Source: Escherichia phage vB_EcoM_SA20RB
Sequence record: OL960581
Length of the DNA: 64,000 bases
Reading direction: 5' to 3' (one strand)
Below the pieces are notes generated by a model. That model had not been told where the DNA came from and ran no database searches. It worked only from the letters and a program-made list of their open reading frames with translations. Below are positions 24,379 to 34,409 of this stretch, piece after piece; positions within the stretch are counted from its first letter, which is position 1; every line of letters starts with the position of its first letter. The position numbers and the translations under genes are program-made.

Positions 24379-27075
24379 TCAGCCAAACAGGAAGTCTAAC
24401 GAAGCTTTTTCCTCATAGTCCATACCTGCCGATTCACACATACCCGCAAGTGGTTTAACAAACGATTTTTGGAACAAAGTTGAGTAGTCAATCCAAGACA
24501 GTACGTCAGAACGAATTTCTTTTGGAAGTTCTGTGCCTGATGGCCAAGCAATGCACTTGTCACCAAATGGATTTCCTTCACGTAATGGAAGAACCATTAC
24601 CTTATTTCCATCCAAAATTGGAGCTACACCTAAACCACTAACAGCTCGACGATAAGTTAGTACGCCACGAATATGGAACGGGCATTTAAATCCTGGCCAA
24701 CCTTTATCATCATATTTCGCTATATCGTTCGCAGTTTTTACTTCAGCAATAACTTTATAGTCAAGTTGACGATATTCTTTCTCAAAGTTCTTGTAGTATT
24801 CTTGGACAGACTCTTCACCTTCCTGAAGAATACGACGAATACTTTCTTCGAGAGCTTCTTGTACTGCTTTTGGTGTTGAACTCTGTTGAGTTTCCATACC
24901 CATAATTTTTAGATGCGGTTCGGCAAATCGCTTATCTTCCATATCATAAACGTTCAGAGCATAACGTTTTTTCGCTTTCCAAAATCCACCAACACCCTTT
25001 GAACCAAGCGGAGGGCAAGAAATAGCTTCACGGTCCATATGCATCAGATGCTCGCGGTTATTCATATAGTCACATAACTCACGATATGCAACATCAATCA
25101 TAGGTTCCATCTTTTTCTTACCAAACTGATTCATGAATTCAACTAAATCATTTTGTTCTTTAAAGCGATCAAGACCTACTTTTTCAATAACTTTATCTAC
25201 ACAAACATATACCGAATCAGTATCACCTGCTGCGATGAAATCTTCACCATTAGTTCCACATACTTTATTCAGATATTCATTAATTTTGCGAGCAATCCAC
25301 TGAATACCGACTTGACCGAAAATTGTGATAGCAGTAGCATTTCGCAAATCATAGTAACGGAAATGAATATTACCAAGAGCACCATAAAGACTGTTAATAA
25401 GAATTTTACGGTTCAGCTGATTTGTGTTAGCAAGTGTAGCTGCTTTTTCACATTCTTCGATCAGACTATTAAGAACAGATTCGGTGTAATTCGATAATTC
25501 GTTTAAGAAATCATCACTGAACTTAACATATCGTTCAACTTCTGGTTTAGTTGAACAAGACCCTGCACCTTTCATAATAATCTTTTTAATAGCTTCGGCA
25601 TTCATTTCTTCAGCGAACATTTTCTTTTTCCAATCTTTACGCTGGAAAAATACTTTAGCGATTTCCTTTGGAATGATACCTTCTTGGTGCTTATCATACA
25701 TCCATCCATTCGGAGAGCAAGAATATTCATCACTTGGCTTAGGAGCTGTTCCTGCGATATATTCATGAATTGGATGAACTTTAAACTGCCCACGAATAGT
25801 CTCAGGACTAATGTTAACCTGACGAATAATGCTAGGATACAGAGACGTCAAGTCAAAACTCATAATGTATCGACGAGCAATCGGTTTAGGTTCAAACACA
25901 AATGCACCTGGAAAACTCTGTTTAACGTGTGAACCTTGTTGAGGAATAACCTTATGTTCACCTTTCAGTGAGTTAAAAATAATAGCATCCCAAGTTTTAA
26001 TAGGACTCATTACACCAGAAAAAGGCATTTTAGCGTAATAAGACATACTTAAAACTAGATCGATAAACCCACGAATTTTATCAATTGCTTGAACTGATTC
26101 TACGTCAATGATGTTATAACTAATGTATCGTTGATGATTAGTCTCACGAAGTTTATTAATAGGACCATCGTACGGTAATTTACCTTTTTTGGTTTCATGT
26201 TGAGCAACTGATTCCAAAGAGAACGATGGCAAATTAGTAAATGCGAATTTCTTGTACAAATCTAAATAATCAAGAATAGATACGCCATCAATAGAATAAA
26301 TTTCTTTGCTACCGTACATATTTTGAATTAGTTTAGATTTTACCCGACCGATTGGAGAGAAGCGTTTCATACTGCGTTCACCGAGAACCATTTTAACACG
26401 GTTCATGATATACGGAACGTCAAATCCCTCAATATTCCAACCGGTAAAAATAGCAGGTCGTTTCTGTTCCCAGAGATTAATATATTCCATGAGCATATCA
26501 CGCTCATTATCAAATGGCATATAAATTACTCGGTCAAGAATTTCTTGAGGAACTTCATCACCACCTTCACAGTCAAGCTTAGCAGCTAACTTTGCATCCC
26601 ATTTTGATACTGAACCGTACATTGAATTCAACAAATCAAAGACGTAAAAACGATCGTCAATTGAATCATAATGAGTGATAGCATCAATTTCATATTCTGC
26701 TTTCATTGGGTCAGGAAATTTATCACCAGTAACCTCAATGTCACAGTTAGCTACACGAACAAATTTTCGGTCATAAACAATTTCTGAACCATATGTATCA
26801 CTGATATAAGCGAGTTTAAAATCGTTCATACCGAGAGCTTCGAGACCGATGTCTTCCATTCGCTTCATCCAGTCTCGTGCATCTTTCATTGATGGAAATT
26901 TTTGAGGAGCACAATTTTTACCATAAATGTCTTTGTATTTTGACTCTTCCTTACAATGCCTAAACATAGTCGGAAGATATTCTACTTCACGAGTACGTTC
27001 CTTTCCGTTTTCATCAATATAACGCTCAACAATATTATTTCCGACTGTTTCGATAGAGATATAAAATTCTTTCAT
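24379..27075 (-). CDS. 43: DNA polymerase (family B)
   Basis: 898 aa, the T4 gp43 length; MKEFYISIETVGNNIVERYIDENGKERTREVEYLPTMF; DTDS polymerase motif. Confidence 0.97.
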   Translation of the reverse strand: MKEFYISIETVGNNIVERYIDENGKERTREVEYLPTMFRHCKEESKYKDIYGKNCAPQKFPSMKDARDWMKRMEDIGLEALGMNDFKLAYISDTYGSEIVYDRKFVRVANCDIEVTGDKFPDPMKAEYEIDAITHYDSIDDRFYVFDLLNSMYGSVSKWDAKLAAKLDCEGGDEVPQEILDRVIYMPFDNERDMLMEYINLWEQKRPAIFTGWNIEGFDVPYIMNRVKMVLGERSMKRFSPIGRVKSKLIQNMYGSKEIYSIDGVSILDYLDLYKKFAFTNLPSFSLESVAQHETKKGKLPYDGPINKLRETNHQRYISYNIIDVESVQAIDKIRGFIDLVLSMSYYAKMPFSGVMSPIKTWDAIIFNSLKGEHKVIPQQGSHVKQSFPGAFVFEPKPIARRYIMSFDLTSLYPSIIRQVNISPETIRGQFKVHPIHEYIAGTAPKPSDEYSCSPNGWMYDKHQEGIIPKEIAKVFFQRKDWKKKMFAEEMNAEAIKKIIMKGAGSCSTKPEVERYVKFSDDFLNELSNYTESVLNSLIEECEKAATLANTNQLNRKILINSLYGALGNIHFRYYDLRNATAITIFGQVGIQWIARKINEYLNKVCGTNGEDFIAAGDTDSVYVCVDKVIEKVGLDRFKEQNDLVEFMNQFGKKKMEPMIDVAYRELCDYMNNREHLMHMDREAISCPPLGSKGVGGFWKAKKRYALNVYDMEDKRFAEPHLKIMGMETQQSSTPKAVQEALEESIRRILQEGEESVQEYYKNFEKEYRQLDYKVIAEVKTANDIAKYDDKGWPGFKCPFHIRGVLTYRRAVSGLGVAPILDGNKVMVLPLREGNPFGDKCIAWPSGTELPKEIRSDVLSWIDYSTLFQKSFVKPLAGMCESAGMDYEEKASLDFLFG

Positions 27076-27112
27076 AGATATTCCTTAGTTTATAGCCCGA
27101 GTTATTAGGCTC
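27073..27112 (-). promoter_or_regulatory. gp43 autogenous translational operator (hairpin with AAUAACUC loop plus RBS)
   Basis: Minus strand reads GAGCCTAATAACTCGGGCTATAAACTAAGGAATATCTATG, the RNA element known from T4 gene 43 and the original SELEX work. Confidence 0.85.
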
Positions 27113-27133
27113 TTGATATATTATACTCCAAAT

Positions 27134-27151
27134 AAGGGGCCGAAGCCCCTT
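27134..27151 (-). terminator. UUCG-tetraloop hairpin after regA
   Basis: GGGGC-UUCG-GCCCC then UUAUUU. Confidence 0.65.
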
Positions 27152-27153
27152 GC

Positions 27154-27522
27154 TTAATTACCAATCGTATATTTAGGAACGAGTTTCCATTCATGTTTTT
27201 GTTTAAAAGAAATAACTCGGAAGTTATTGGTTAAATCTTTCATAAAAGTTCTTTGACCAGGAACGATTTCAATCAGTCCCCAATCTTCTAACAGCCACGC
27301 AATCGAATCACGACGAACTTCATCTTCTTCTGTCATTTCAACCTGACGGCCATCCATACGAAGCATTTCTTTAAAATGAACGATATAGTATAGTCCTTTT
27401 TTCTGAAGAATATGACAGGACTGATACAGAACTTTATCTTTATTATTAGCAATTCCCATACGAGTCAAGGTTTCTTTTACTTTCAGAAAATCTTCAGGTT
27501 TTTTAAGAGTAATTTCAATCAT
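27154..27522 (-). CDS. regA: RegA translational repressor
   Basis: 122 aa; MIEITLKKPEDFLKVKETLTRMGIANNKDKVLYQSCHILQKKGLYYIVHFKEM. Confidence 0.93.
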   Translation of the reverse strand: MIEITLKKPEDFLKVKETLTRMGIANNKDKVLYQSCHILQKKGLYYIVHFKEMLRMDGRQVEMTEEDEVRRDSIAWLLEDWGLIEIVPGQRTFMKDLTNNFRVISFKQKHEWKLVPKYTIGN

Positions 27523-27523
27523 T

Positions 27524-28087
27524 TTACCATTCCAATGCTAGTTTTTTGAGTTGTTTCTGTTCTTTTACATTCTTAGTCACTTCTTTCAAAAAATCATCCG
27601 TGACTAAACCTTTTAGTTCTTTTAATACTAAAGGAAGTTTTCCATTTTTAGTAAGAATTGATTTATAGTTAATTGCATCATTTGTATTAACTTGATACCG
27701 CTTAGCAAGTAACTTAATAATCAATACTTCAGTAGAATCTTCGACCAGTTTTGCCCATTTACCATATCTTTTACCCCGAGGAACAGCAGCCATCAGATAA
27801 TTAAAATGGGCTTCATCGCTTAAACCTGATCCAATTAAATTCATAGCATATACAGCTGGCATGCATTCAGGAAATTGTGATAATGCATTCTCAACCATGT
27901 ATTTTGAATAATCTTTTTGAGCAATAGAGCATTTAGTTTTATTATTAATAGCTCCAATTATTTCAAAAAATTCATTTTCAGCTTTTTCCTTAAAAGAATC
28001 AGCAGCAGATTGGACAGCTGTCCAATCTTTTGAATACCAAGCAACTTGATGCTCGTTTAATTGAATATCATCTTCAAATAAGCTCAT
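27524..28087 (-). CDS. 62: clamp-loader small subunit
   Basis: 187 aa, the T4 gp62 length, adjacent to gene 44. Confidence 0.92.
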   Translation of the reverse strand: MSLFEDDIQLNEHQVAWYSKDWTAVQSAADSFKEKAENEFFEIIGAINNKTKCSIAQKDYSKYMVENALSQFPECMPAVYAMNLIGSGLSDEAHFNYLMAAVPRGKRYGKWAKLVEDSTEVLIIKLLAKRYQVNTNDAINYKSILTKNGKLPLVLKELKGLVTDDFLKEVTKNVKEQKQLKKLALEW

Positions 28088-28088
28088 A

Positions 28089-29048
28089 TCACTTCCACTG
28101 CATTTCGCATGCTAATTGAATGAAAAGATATGCTAAATGTAATTCCGTATTAGCCGCAATTCCATGATACTGGTTATTTTCACCAACAATTTCATACATA
28201 CGAATAATACTTTGCGGAGTTACGCGTGTATAGATTTCTTCGGCAAGTTTACCTACGAACCACGAATAATCAGCTGCATATTTTGGTGCTAAAGCTCTGA
28301 GCTGTTTAACATCTTTATTTTTGAGAGATTCAAGAACATCATCAATAGCACCACGATCGTTAGTAACCAGTGATAAAATACCAGCATCCAAAACACCTTT
28401 AGATGAATAACTATCGAGCTCACCAATAGTTTTACGAAAATCCGGAAAATTCTTTTTAACCAAAGCTGCTACAACTTTCATATCAGCTATAGCAATTCCT
28501 TCATGCTTGCAGATTTCAGTCAATCGACGAATCATCTGCTTCATCATTTCAATTTTATCTTCATCAGTCGGTTGACCGAATGTAATAACTCGGCAACGTG
28601 ACTGAAGCGGTTTAATAATACCATCAATATTGTTAGCAGTAATAATAATACTACAGTTTGAACTATAAGCTTCCATAAAGGAACGAAGATGTCGCTGAGA
28701 CTCTGCTAACCCTGAGCGGTCAAATTCATCAATAACGATTACTTTTTGACGACCATCAAATGAAGCTGCACTAGCAAAATTAGTCAAAGGACCACGAACG
28801 AAATCAATTTTACAGTCTGATCCATTCACAAACATCATATCAGCATTTACATCATGACACAATGCTTTTGCTACAGTTGTTTTACCTGTTCCTGGAGAAG
28901 GAGAATGAAGAATAATATGTGGAATTTTACCTTTACTTGTAATAGATTTAAAGGTTTCTTTATCAAAGGCGGGAAGAATACATTCATCGATAGTAGATGG
29001 ACGATATTTCTGTTCAAGAATGTGTTCTTTTTCATTTACAGTAATCAT
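28089..29048 (-). CDS. 44: clamp-loader large subunit (AAA+)
   Basis: 319 aa from [22 protein letters not shown]; Walker [10 protein letters not shown]. Confidence 0.95.
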   Translation of the reverse strand: MITVNEKEHILEQKYRPSTIDECILPAFDKETFKSITSKGKIPHIILHSPSPGTGKTTVAKALCHDVNADMMFVNGSDCKIDFVRGPLTNFASAASFDGRQKVIVIDEFDRSGLAESQRHLRSFMEAYSSNCSIIITANNIDGIIKPLQSRCRVITFGQPTDEDKIEMMKQMIRRLTEICKHEGIAIADMKVVAALVKKNFPDFRKTIGELDSYSSKGVLDAGILSLVTNDRGAIDDVLESLKNKDVKQLRALAPKYAADYSWFVGKLAEEIYTRVTPQSIIRMYEIVGENNQYHGIAANTELHLAYLFIQLACEMQWK

Positions 29049-29080
29049 AATTTCCTCATTCAAGTTTTAGTGTAAATTAT

Positions 29081-29098
29081 AAAGGGCCGAAGCCCTTT
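29081..29098 (-). terminator. UUCG-tetraloop hairpin after gene 45
   Basis: AAAGGGC-UUCG-GCCCUUU. Confidence 0.65.
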
Positions 29099-29099
29099 A

Positions 29100-29786
29100 T
29101 TAAAAGTCGTGGGTAGAATCAGCTTCAAGAGCTACTACATAATTCGCATGTTCACCTTCAAATTTAGCAGCGCCTTGTTTACCTTTTGCCCAGAGCAGAA
29201 GTTTATAATTTCCTGGTTGCATTTTCATATTTGCCATATTGATAATGAAATTAAATGTATTTTCACCATCATAATCACCAAGAGTCAAAGAATATTTAAC
29301 ACGGGTCAAAGCAGAATCTTCTACTTTATTAAAACCGTTAATTACGATTTTACCTTCTTTTACTGTGATAGCAATTGTATCAATCTGCAGACCGCGAGAT
29401 ACACGCAACAGCTGTTGAAGGTCTTCAGCTTTAATTTCGGTAACAACAGATGCTACCGGGAATGGAATTGGTTTATTAGGAGCAACTACTGTACTCGGAT
29501 CGGCTGCTGGCCAAAAAATTGTTGAACGGGCATCAGCAATTTTAATATTTCCATCTTCTGACTGGGAAATTTCTGCATCATCATTAACTAGAGACAGAAT
29601 ACCGAGAAAACCGTTCAAATCGTAAATCGCTACATCAAAATCAATAGTGTCAGAAATATTTGCTTCCGCATAAGTTGTACCATTAACTGCGCGAGTCATA
29701 ATAAATTGACCAGATTTAAGCATAATACCAGAGTTAATAGTAGCGAAATTTTTGAGCAGAGCAGTAGTATCTTTAGACAGTTTCAT
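29100..29786 (-). CDS. 45: sliding clamp
   Basis: 228 aa; MKLSKDTTALLKNFATINSGIMLKSGQFIMTRAVNGTTYAEANISD. Confidence 0.95.
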   Translation of the reverse strand: MKLSKDTTALLKNFATINSGIMLKSGQFIMTRAVNGTTYAEANISDTIDFDVAIYDLNGFLGILSLVNDDAEISQSEDGNIKIADARSTIFWPAADPSTVVAPNKPIPFPVASVVTEIKAEDLQQLLRVSRGLQIDTIAITVKEGKIVINGFNKVEDSALTRVKYSLTLGDYDGENTFNFIINMANMKMQPGNYKLLLWAKGKQGAAKFEGEHANYVVALEADSTHDF

Positions 29787-29815
29787 GTAATTTCCTTCAA
29801 TTCAAATGAGATTTA

Positions 29816-29840
29816 ATTTTATAACTAATTTAATAAAGCA
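29816..29840 (-). promoter_or_regulatory. MotA-dependent middle promoter upstream of gene 45
   Basis: Minus strand TTGCTTTA, 12 nt, TAAAAT. Confidence 0.6.
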
Positions 29841-29841
29841 A

Positions 29842-30231
29842 TTAACGATTAAAATCGGCAGCAATTGTTTCCGCAACAATTTGAGCAGCAACAATTAGAC
29901 GTTCATCTGCATTACCACAATAATCATCTTCAAGGCGTTCACCACATGAAGTCATAATAAATTTAGCACCAGCATTTAAAGATTCTGTCGTATGTTTGCG
30001 CATTAGTTCAATCCATTTATTACTTACTTCACGATCGATAGCTTCATAATACGCATGACGAGCAGGTGCAGATTTAATTTTGCTCTGAATAACTTCCATC
30101 GCGTTATCAGAAAGAGACAAAACCCATGCTCGACGAATTTTATTTTGGTTTTGTGGATTTGATTCAGAACGCACGTGTTTTGGCTGAATATCTTTTACAT
30201 CAACAGTATAATTCACAGTAATTTTAGTCAT
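29842..30231 (-). CDS. rpbA: RNA polymerase-binding protein RpbA
   Basis: 129 aa, the T4 RpbA length, directly upstream of 45. Confidence 0.78.
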   Translation of the reverse strand: MTKITVNYTVDVKDIQPKHVRSESNPQNQNKIRRAWVLSLSDNAMEVIQSKIKSAPARHAYYEAIDREVSNKWIELMRKHTTESLNAGAKFIMTSCGERLEDDYCGNADERLIVAAQIVAETIAADFNR

Positions 30232-30240
30232 AATACACCT

Positions 30241-30429
30241 TTAGTCATAATAATCAGTAACAGTCCAAGCTTCATTTCTGTTGGACATTATTTTCGTATA
30301 TTCTGCTTTAAATGCATTCTTAAGCATAGATTCAGTAACTATATGCTCTTCATTAGAAAAATTATTTCTCAGAATATATCGTTTTATTTCAGGAATAGTT
30401 AATAGATGCTGTCCAGTTGAATATTCCAT
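30241..30429 (-). CDS. hypothetical small protein (45.2 slot)
   Basis: 62-aa ORF with a MotA-type promoter upstream. Confidence 0.5.
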   Translation of the reverse strand: MEYSTGQHLLTIPEIKRYILRNNFSNEEHIVTESMLKNAFKAEYTKIMSNRNEAWTVTDYYD

Positions 30430-30446
30430 GTTTTTCCTCCATAGAG

Positions 30447-30470
30447 ATTATACTCTAATAAATTAAAGCA
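30447..30470 (-). promoter_or_regulatory. MotA-dependent middle promoter upstream of 30241..30429
   Basis: Minus strand aTGCTTTA, 11 nt, TATAAT. Confidence 0.65.
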
Positions 30471-30484
30471 TAATCTCTTATAAA

Positions 30485-32167
30485 TTAAACCATTACAGTA
30501 AATCGACCAACTTTCTTCATTTGAAGATGCTGACCATATTCTTGCGGGTCATGGTCTTTATGCGAAATTATAAAAACATTAGTATTTTTCATTGAATTTA
30601 TAATATTAGCTACGCCTTTAATACCTTCGGCATCAAATGACCCATCAAACACTTCATCAAGAATTAATGTACTAATACTAACACCAGATACGATAGAAGC
30701 AATATCACGCCAAGTAAATAAAAGAGCAATATCGATTCGTGCTTTTTCACCTTCACTAAATGAAGCATAACTAAAATCTTCGCGACCACGAGATTTAATT
30801 GTCTCATTAAATTCTTCATCTAATGTAAACACATAATCCGCTTCCATTATTTTAAGATAATGGTTAATCTGCTTATTAAATAATGGAATGTACTTTTTAA
30901 TAATAGCACCTTTAATACCAGAATCTTTGAGCATATCAGTCAAAATTCCTCTGTGGTATTTTTCCATTACTAAATTAGTTTTTGTCTTAACAATTTTATC
31001 AAGTTCTTCTTGAAGCAGTGCTATTTCATCAGCATGGTCAATAAACTCGGATGATGCTTTTTCTATAGCTGCTTTAACTTTTTTAGCTTTATCTACCGTC
31101 GTGATTAGAGATTGCTTTTTATTGCGAATATCATTCGCCAGCGTCTGTTGGGTTTTAATATTATCTCGGTATTCATCAACGAGAACTTTTAAATTATCAC
31201 GATGTGTTGAAAGCTGTTCAAACGAATGCGTGCATTCAGAAACTTTATCTTTAATTTTAGAAACAACTTTATCACCGGAACTTAATTGTGACAAACAGGT
31301 TGGACATAATCCACCTTCGTGATACATATTAATGACTTTATTATACGAGTCAATTTTTGATTTAATTAAAAATGCTTCTTGACCGATTTTATTAAATGCA
31401 TCAGTCGGGTCTTCATCCAAAACAATATTAACTAATCTTTCATTAGCTTCTTCTATTTCCGATTTTAACGTTCTAGCTTCTTTTGCCAAATCATCATACA
31501 TATTCTGTAGACGAGTAAGGTTATCACCAGTTAATTTTTTCTGGCGTTCAACGTTATCATTATATATTTTAATTTGTTGGATAATACTATCTTTTTTAAC
31601 ATCAAGCACTTGGTTTTGTGAATTTAATTCACGTATTAGTGCTTTATTAAGCTTATCCATTTCAGCTAATGTTCCTACCTCGAGCAGGTCTTCCACAAGC
31701 TTTCTTCGTGCAGGGGTCGACAAACCCATGAAAGGGGTATACCCTGCTGTACCAAGGACAACAATCTGCTTGAAACTGGCATATGACATTCCGATAAGCT
31801 GTTCAAATTCTGCTTGGAAATCTTTACTGCTGGCAGATTCATTAAGACGTGTACCGTTAACGGTGATTTCGAAAACGTTTGGTTTTTGTCCTCTTTTGAT
31901 ATAGTACTTTTTCTCATCATATTCCATCCACAGTTCAACTAAAAGTTCTTTCTTATTTGTGCTGTTTATTAATTGACCTTTCTTTACATCACGGAATGGC
32001 TTGCCAAAAAGCCCAAATGTGATGGCTTCTAACATAGTAGACTTACCACCGCCATTTCGTCCAGTAATAAGAGTTTTTTGAACCTTATCTAGTTGAATGT
32101 CAATAGGATTTCCACCTACTGACATTATATTTTGATACCTAACTCGGTTTAGTTTAAAATTCTTCAC
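30485..32167 (-). CDS. 46: recombination endonuclease subunit (Rad50/SbcC-like ATPase)
   Basis: 560 aa; Walker A GRNGGGKST; zinc hook CPTC; long coiled coil. Confidence 0.93.
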   Translation of the reverse strand: MKNFKLNRVRYQNIMSVGGNPIDIQLDKVQKTLITGRNGGGKSTMLEAITFGLFGKPFRDVKKGQLINSTNKKELLVELWMEYDEKKYYIKRGQKPNVFEITVNGTRLNESASSKDFQAEFEQLIGMSYASFKQIVVLGTAGYTPFMGLSTPARRKLVEDLLEVGTLAEMDKLNKALIRELNSQNQVLDVKKDSIIQQIKIYNDNVERQKKLTGDNLTRLQNMYDDLAKEARTLKSEIEEANERLVNIVLDEDPTDAFNKIGQEAFLIKSKIDSYNKVINMYHEGGLCPTCLSQLSSGDKVVSKIKDKVSECTHSFEQLSTHRDNLKVLVDEYRDNIKTQQTLANDIRNKKQSLITTVDKAKKVKAAIEKASSEFIDHADEIALLQEELDKIVKTKTNLVMEKYHRGILTDMLKDSGIKGAIIKKYIPLFNKQINHYLKIMEADYVFTLDEEFNETIKSRGREDFSYASFSEGEKARIDIALLFTWRDIASIVSGVSISTLILDEVFDGSFDAEGIKGVANIINSMKNTNVFIISHKDHDPQEYGQHLQMKKVGRFTVMV

Positions 32168-32379
32168 AAAAGATTCCTTTTAATGTATCTTTTAGACCAT
32201 TCTATCATATCATCATAATCTAAAAAGTATTCATCAAATTCAGCCATGCAAACAACACCTTGTGCTGCTTTTGATGTGATATAAATTATTCCAACATATC
32301 TAGAATCTTCTTCGGTGTAATCAATATTTGCTATGAATTCATCATTAATGTCAAATGTCGAAAACTTCACAGTATGCAT
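32164..32379 (-). CDS. hypothetical small acidic protein (46.1 slot)
   Basis: Track ORF trimmed to MHTVKFSTFD; overlaps the gene 46 start by 4 nt. Confidence 0.45.
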   Translation of the reverse strand: MHTVKFSTFDINDEFIANIDYTEEDSRYVGIIYITSKAAQGVVCMAEFDEYFLDYDDMIEWSKRYIKRNLL

Positions 32380-32614
32380 CCTTAATACAAGATACAGCCA
32401 TATCTTGTAATGATTTAGGTGTATCATTATCTAAAATGTTGAAGTTAAAAGATACAGCCCAGTCAGTGCAGACCGTAACCTTTTTAATACAATTATCTTC
32501 AACCTCTAGCGGTTCAAACCAATATTCAATAATTTCTTTATGCCCAATATCATCTTTTACTTCGCATTCAAAATGCTGACTCATCATAACATTTTTAAAT
32601 TCATCAAAAGTCAT
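32351..32614 (-). CDS. hypothetical small protein (46.2 slot)
   Basis: 87-aa ORF; overlaps the gene 47 stop by 4 nt. Confidence 0.5.
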   Translation of the reverse strand: MTFDEFKNVMMSQHFECEVKDDIGHKEIIEYWFEPLEVEDNCIKKVTVCTDWAVSFNFNILDNDTPKSLQDMAVSCIKDAYCEVFDI

Positions 32615-33630
32615 TGTGTTGCCTCTACATATAACTGATTTGCATATTGAATAAGTGCTTCGCGATCAGAATCAGTGATGTCTGGAATTGCATTAATGTA
32701 TTCTTCCATCAACGTCTGAAGAGATTGAACTTCAACTTCTTCACTATCATCTGACTCGACAGAGTTATCAATCTTTGACACAACTCGTAATGAATGCACA
32801 ACTTTTTCTAGTTCAGATTCGAACTTCGTCAGATTTTTGTCTACTTCAGTTACTATAACACGCACTGACAGATTTGTAAAATCTTTATAGTCAATTTTTC
32901 CCTTAAATGGATATTGAATTCGACGATGCCAAGTAGTGTTGTTTGGAATAAATTCCATTCGTTCTGTTTCTGTATCAAACATCCAGAACCCACGAGGGTC
33001 ATTCTCGTCACCCGCAGTTAGTGTCCATGGTGTCCCAATATATCTGACGTTAGCAGCCTCAGAGATAGTATGGAAGTGACCAGACCACACTTCTTTGTAA
33101 GTCTTAAGGAAATCAGGTTCAAGACCGTGAGATTTCATTCCTTTATAAAAATAAAATCCATTCAGTTCCCAGTGACCAACACAAAAAGAAGCAGATGAAG
33201 TTTTGATGTGTTCAAGAATTTCACCAGTGTTTTCTTCACACATCCAAGGAATTAAATCAATCAAACATCCGTCAAAATCTACTGTAGTAGGCTTATCATA
33301 TACTTTAACATTAGGATATTTAGCCAAAAGCTCAGTAGAAGCATTTGGATGCATTACATTTTTATAGTGGAGATCGTGATTTCCTACAATAGTATGTAAT
33401 GTGATTCCAGCGGCATCAAGCATTTGAACTATTTCACGGGCAAACTCCATAGTTTTATGCGTGATCGCTTTTCGTACATCAAAAATATCACCGTATTGAA
33501 TCCATACAGTAATTCCATTTTTCTTAGAATATTCTATCGCTTGCTTAATTCCATCAATTTGAATACCGCGAATCCATTCATCATCAGCTTTAACGCCTAA
33601 ATGCCAATCACCCAAGTTTAGTATTTTCAT
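32611..33630 (-). CDS. 47: recombination endonuclease subunit (Mre11/SbcD-like)
   Basis: 339 aa; MKILNLGDWHLG and GNHD phosphoesterase motifs. Confidence 0.93.
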   Translation of the reverse strand: MKILNLGDWHLGVKADDEWIRGIQIDGIKQAIEYSKKNGITVWIQYGDIFDVRKAITHKTMEFAREIVQMLDAAGITLHTIVGNHDLHYKNVMHPNASTELLAKYPNVKVYDKPTTVDFDGCLIDLIPWMCEENTGEILEHIKTSSASFCVGHWELNGFYFYKGMKSHGLEPDFLKTYKEVWSGHFHTISEAANVRYIGTPWTLTAGDENDPRGFWMFDTETERMEFIPNNTTWHRRIQYPFKGKIDYKDFTNLSVRVIVTEVDKNLTKFESELEKVVHSLRVVSKIDNSVESDDSEEVEVQSLQTLMEEYINAIPDITDSDREALIQYANQLYVEATQ

Positions 33631-34231
33631 GGTGTCTTTTCCATCCTAATTTAGCTGCTTTTGAAACTAGTTCTTTAATTTTTCCTTTTGTCCATTCAGG
33701 ACCAGGAGGTTCATGACATAACATTTGCTTAACTCCGTTATTATACCATTTTTTACCTTTATTATGTGATGAAGCTTTAAATTTATTTGACCTTCCTTTT
33801 ACATAACCTTCTGGAATATACGGTAAAAAGGCAGATTTTCCTGTTAATGGGTCATGTGAATGTATGTTTCCTTTACAATTATGAGAACCATATAATGGAT
33901 GATTTTGTCCTTTAATATCTCTTCCAAATGAACCTTTTGGAGCAGCATATGACATATTAAAGAATAATGGATTTTTAACCGCATCATGCAAACGTTGATA
34001 ATATAGCTCGCATTTAATAGCTTCTTCGCGTGTATCAAATTCATCTAAAATGCATGAATCAAATAAATGTGGGTTATTTGAAAGTTCTTCATTATAAATT
34101 TTCTTATACTTTTTAGATAAAACTGATCCATGATATCCGGCTAAATGCCTGTCTAAAGATGTAGATCCAATATAAAAAGGAGGAAGTTTATCTCCACTAT
34201 ATATTGTTAAATAAGTTATATATTTTTTCAT
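33608..34231 (-). CDS. free-standing GIY-YIG homing endonuclease (seg-like)
   Basis: 207 aa; YLTIY...FYIGST, conserved R/H/E (REEAIKCE), C-terminal G.NHP.YG..H NUMOD-like repeats; 23-nt overlap with the gene 47 start. Confidence 0.78.
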   Translation of the reverse strand: MKKYITYLTIYSGDKLPPFYIGSTSLDRHLAGYHGSVLSKKYKKIYNEELSNNPHLFDSCILDEFDTREEAIKCELYYQRLHDAVKNPLFFNMSYAAPKGSFGRDIKGQNHPLYGSHNCKGNIHSHDPLTGKSAFLPYIPEGYVKGRSNKFKASSHNKGKKWYNNGVKQMLCHEPPGPEWTKGKIKELVSKAAKLGWKRHHENTKLG

Positions 34232-34368
34232 ATATCAAGAACCGTCATTGAAATGCAAAATAAAATTATTGAAATAAATCCATCTGGAGTGCTAAAGAAC
34301 CCAATCCAACACGCTCTAGTGAATAGATAAAATGCGAGAAAAAGTATCACATATCCAAGAAATATCAT
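34228..34368 (-). CDS. 46-aa hydrophobic peptide (below track cutoff)
   Basis: Hand translation MIFLGYVILFLAFYLFTRACWIGFFSTPDGFISIILFCISMTVLDI; its stop overlaps the seg-like ATG (ATGA). Confidence 0.3.
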   Translation of the reverse strand: MIFLGYVILFLAFYLFTRACWIGFFSTPDGFISIILFCISMTVLDI

Positions 34369-34391
34369 TATATCAAACTCCGTATAAAGCT

Positions 34392-34409
34392 AAAGGGCCG
34401 AAGCCCTTT
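34392..34409 (-). terminator. UUCG-tetraloop hairpin at the alpha-gt stop
   Basis: AAAGGGC-UUCG-GCCCUUU overlapping the stop codon. Confidence 0.65.
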
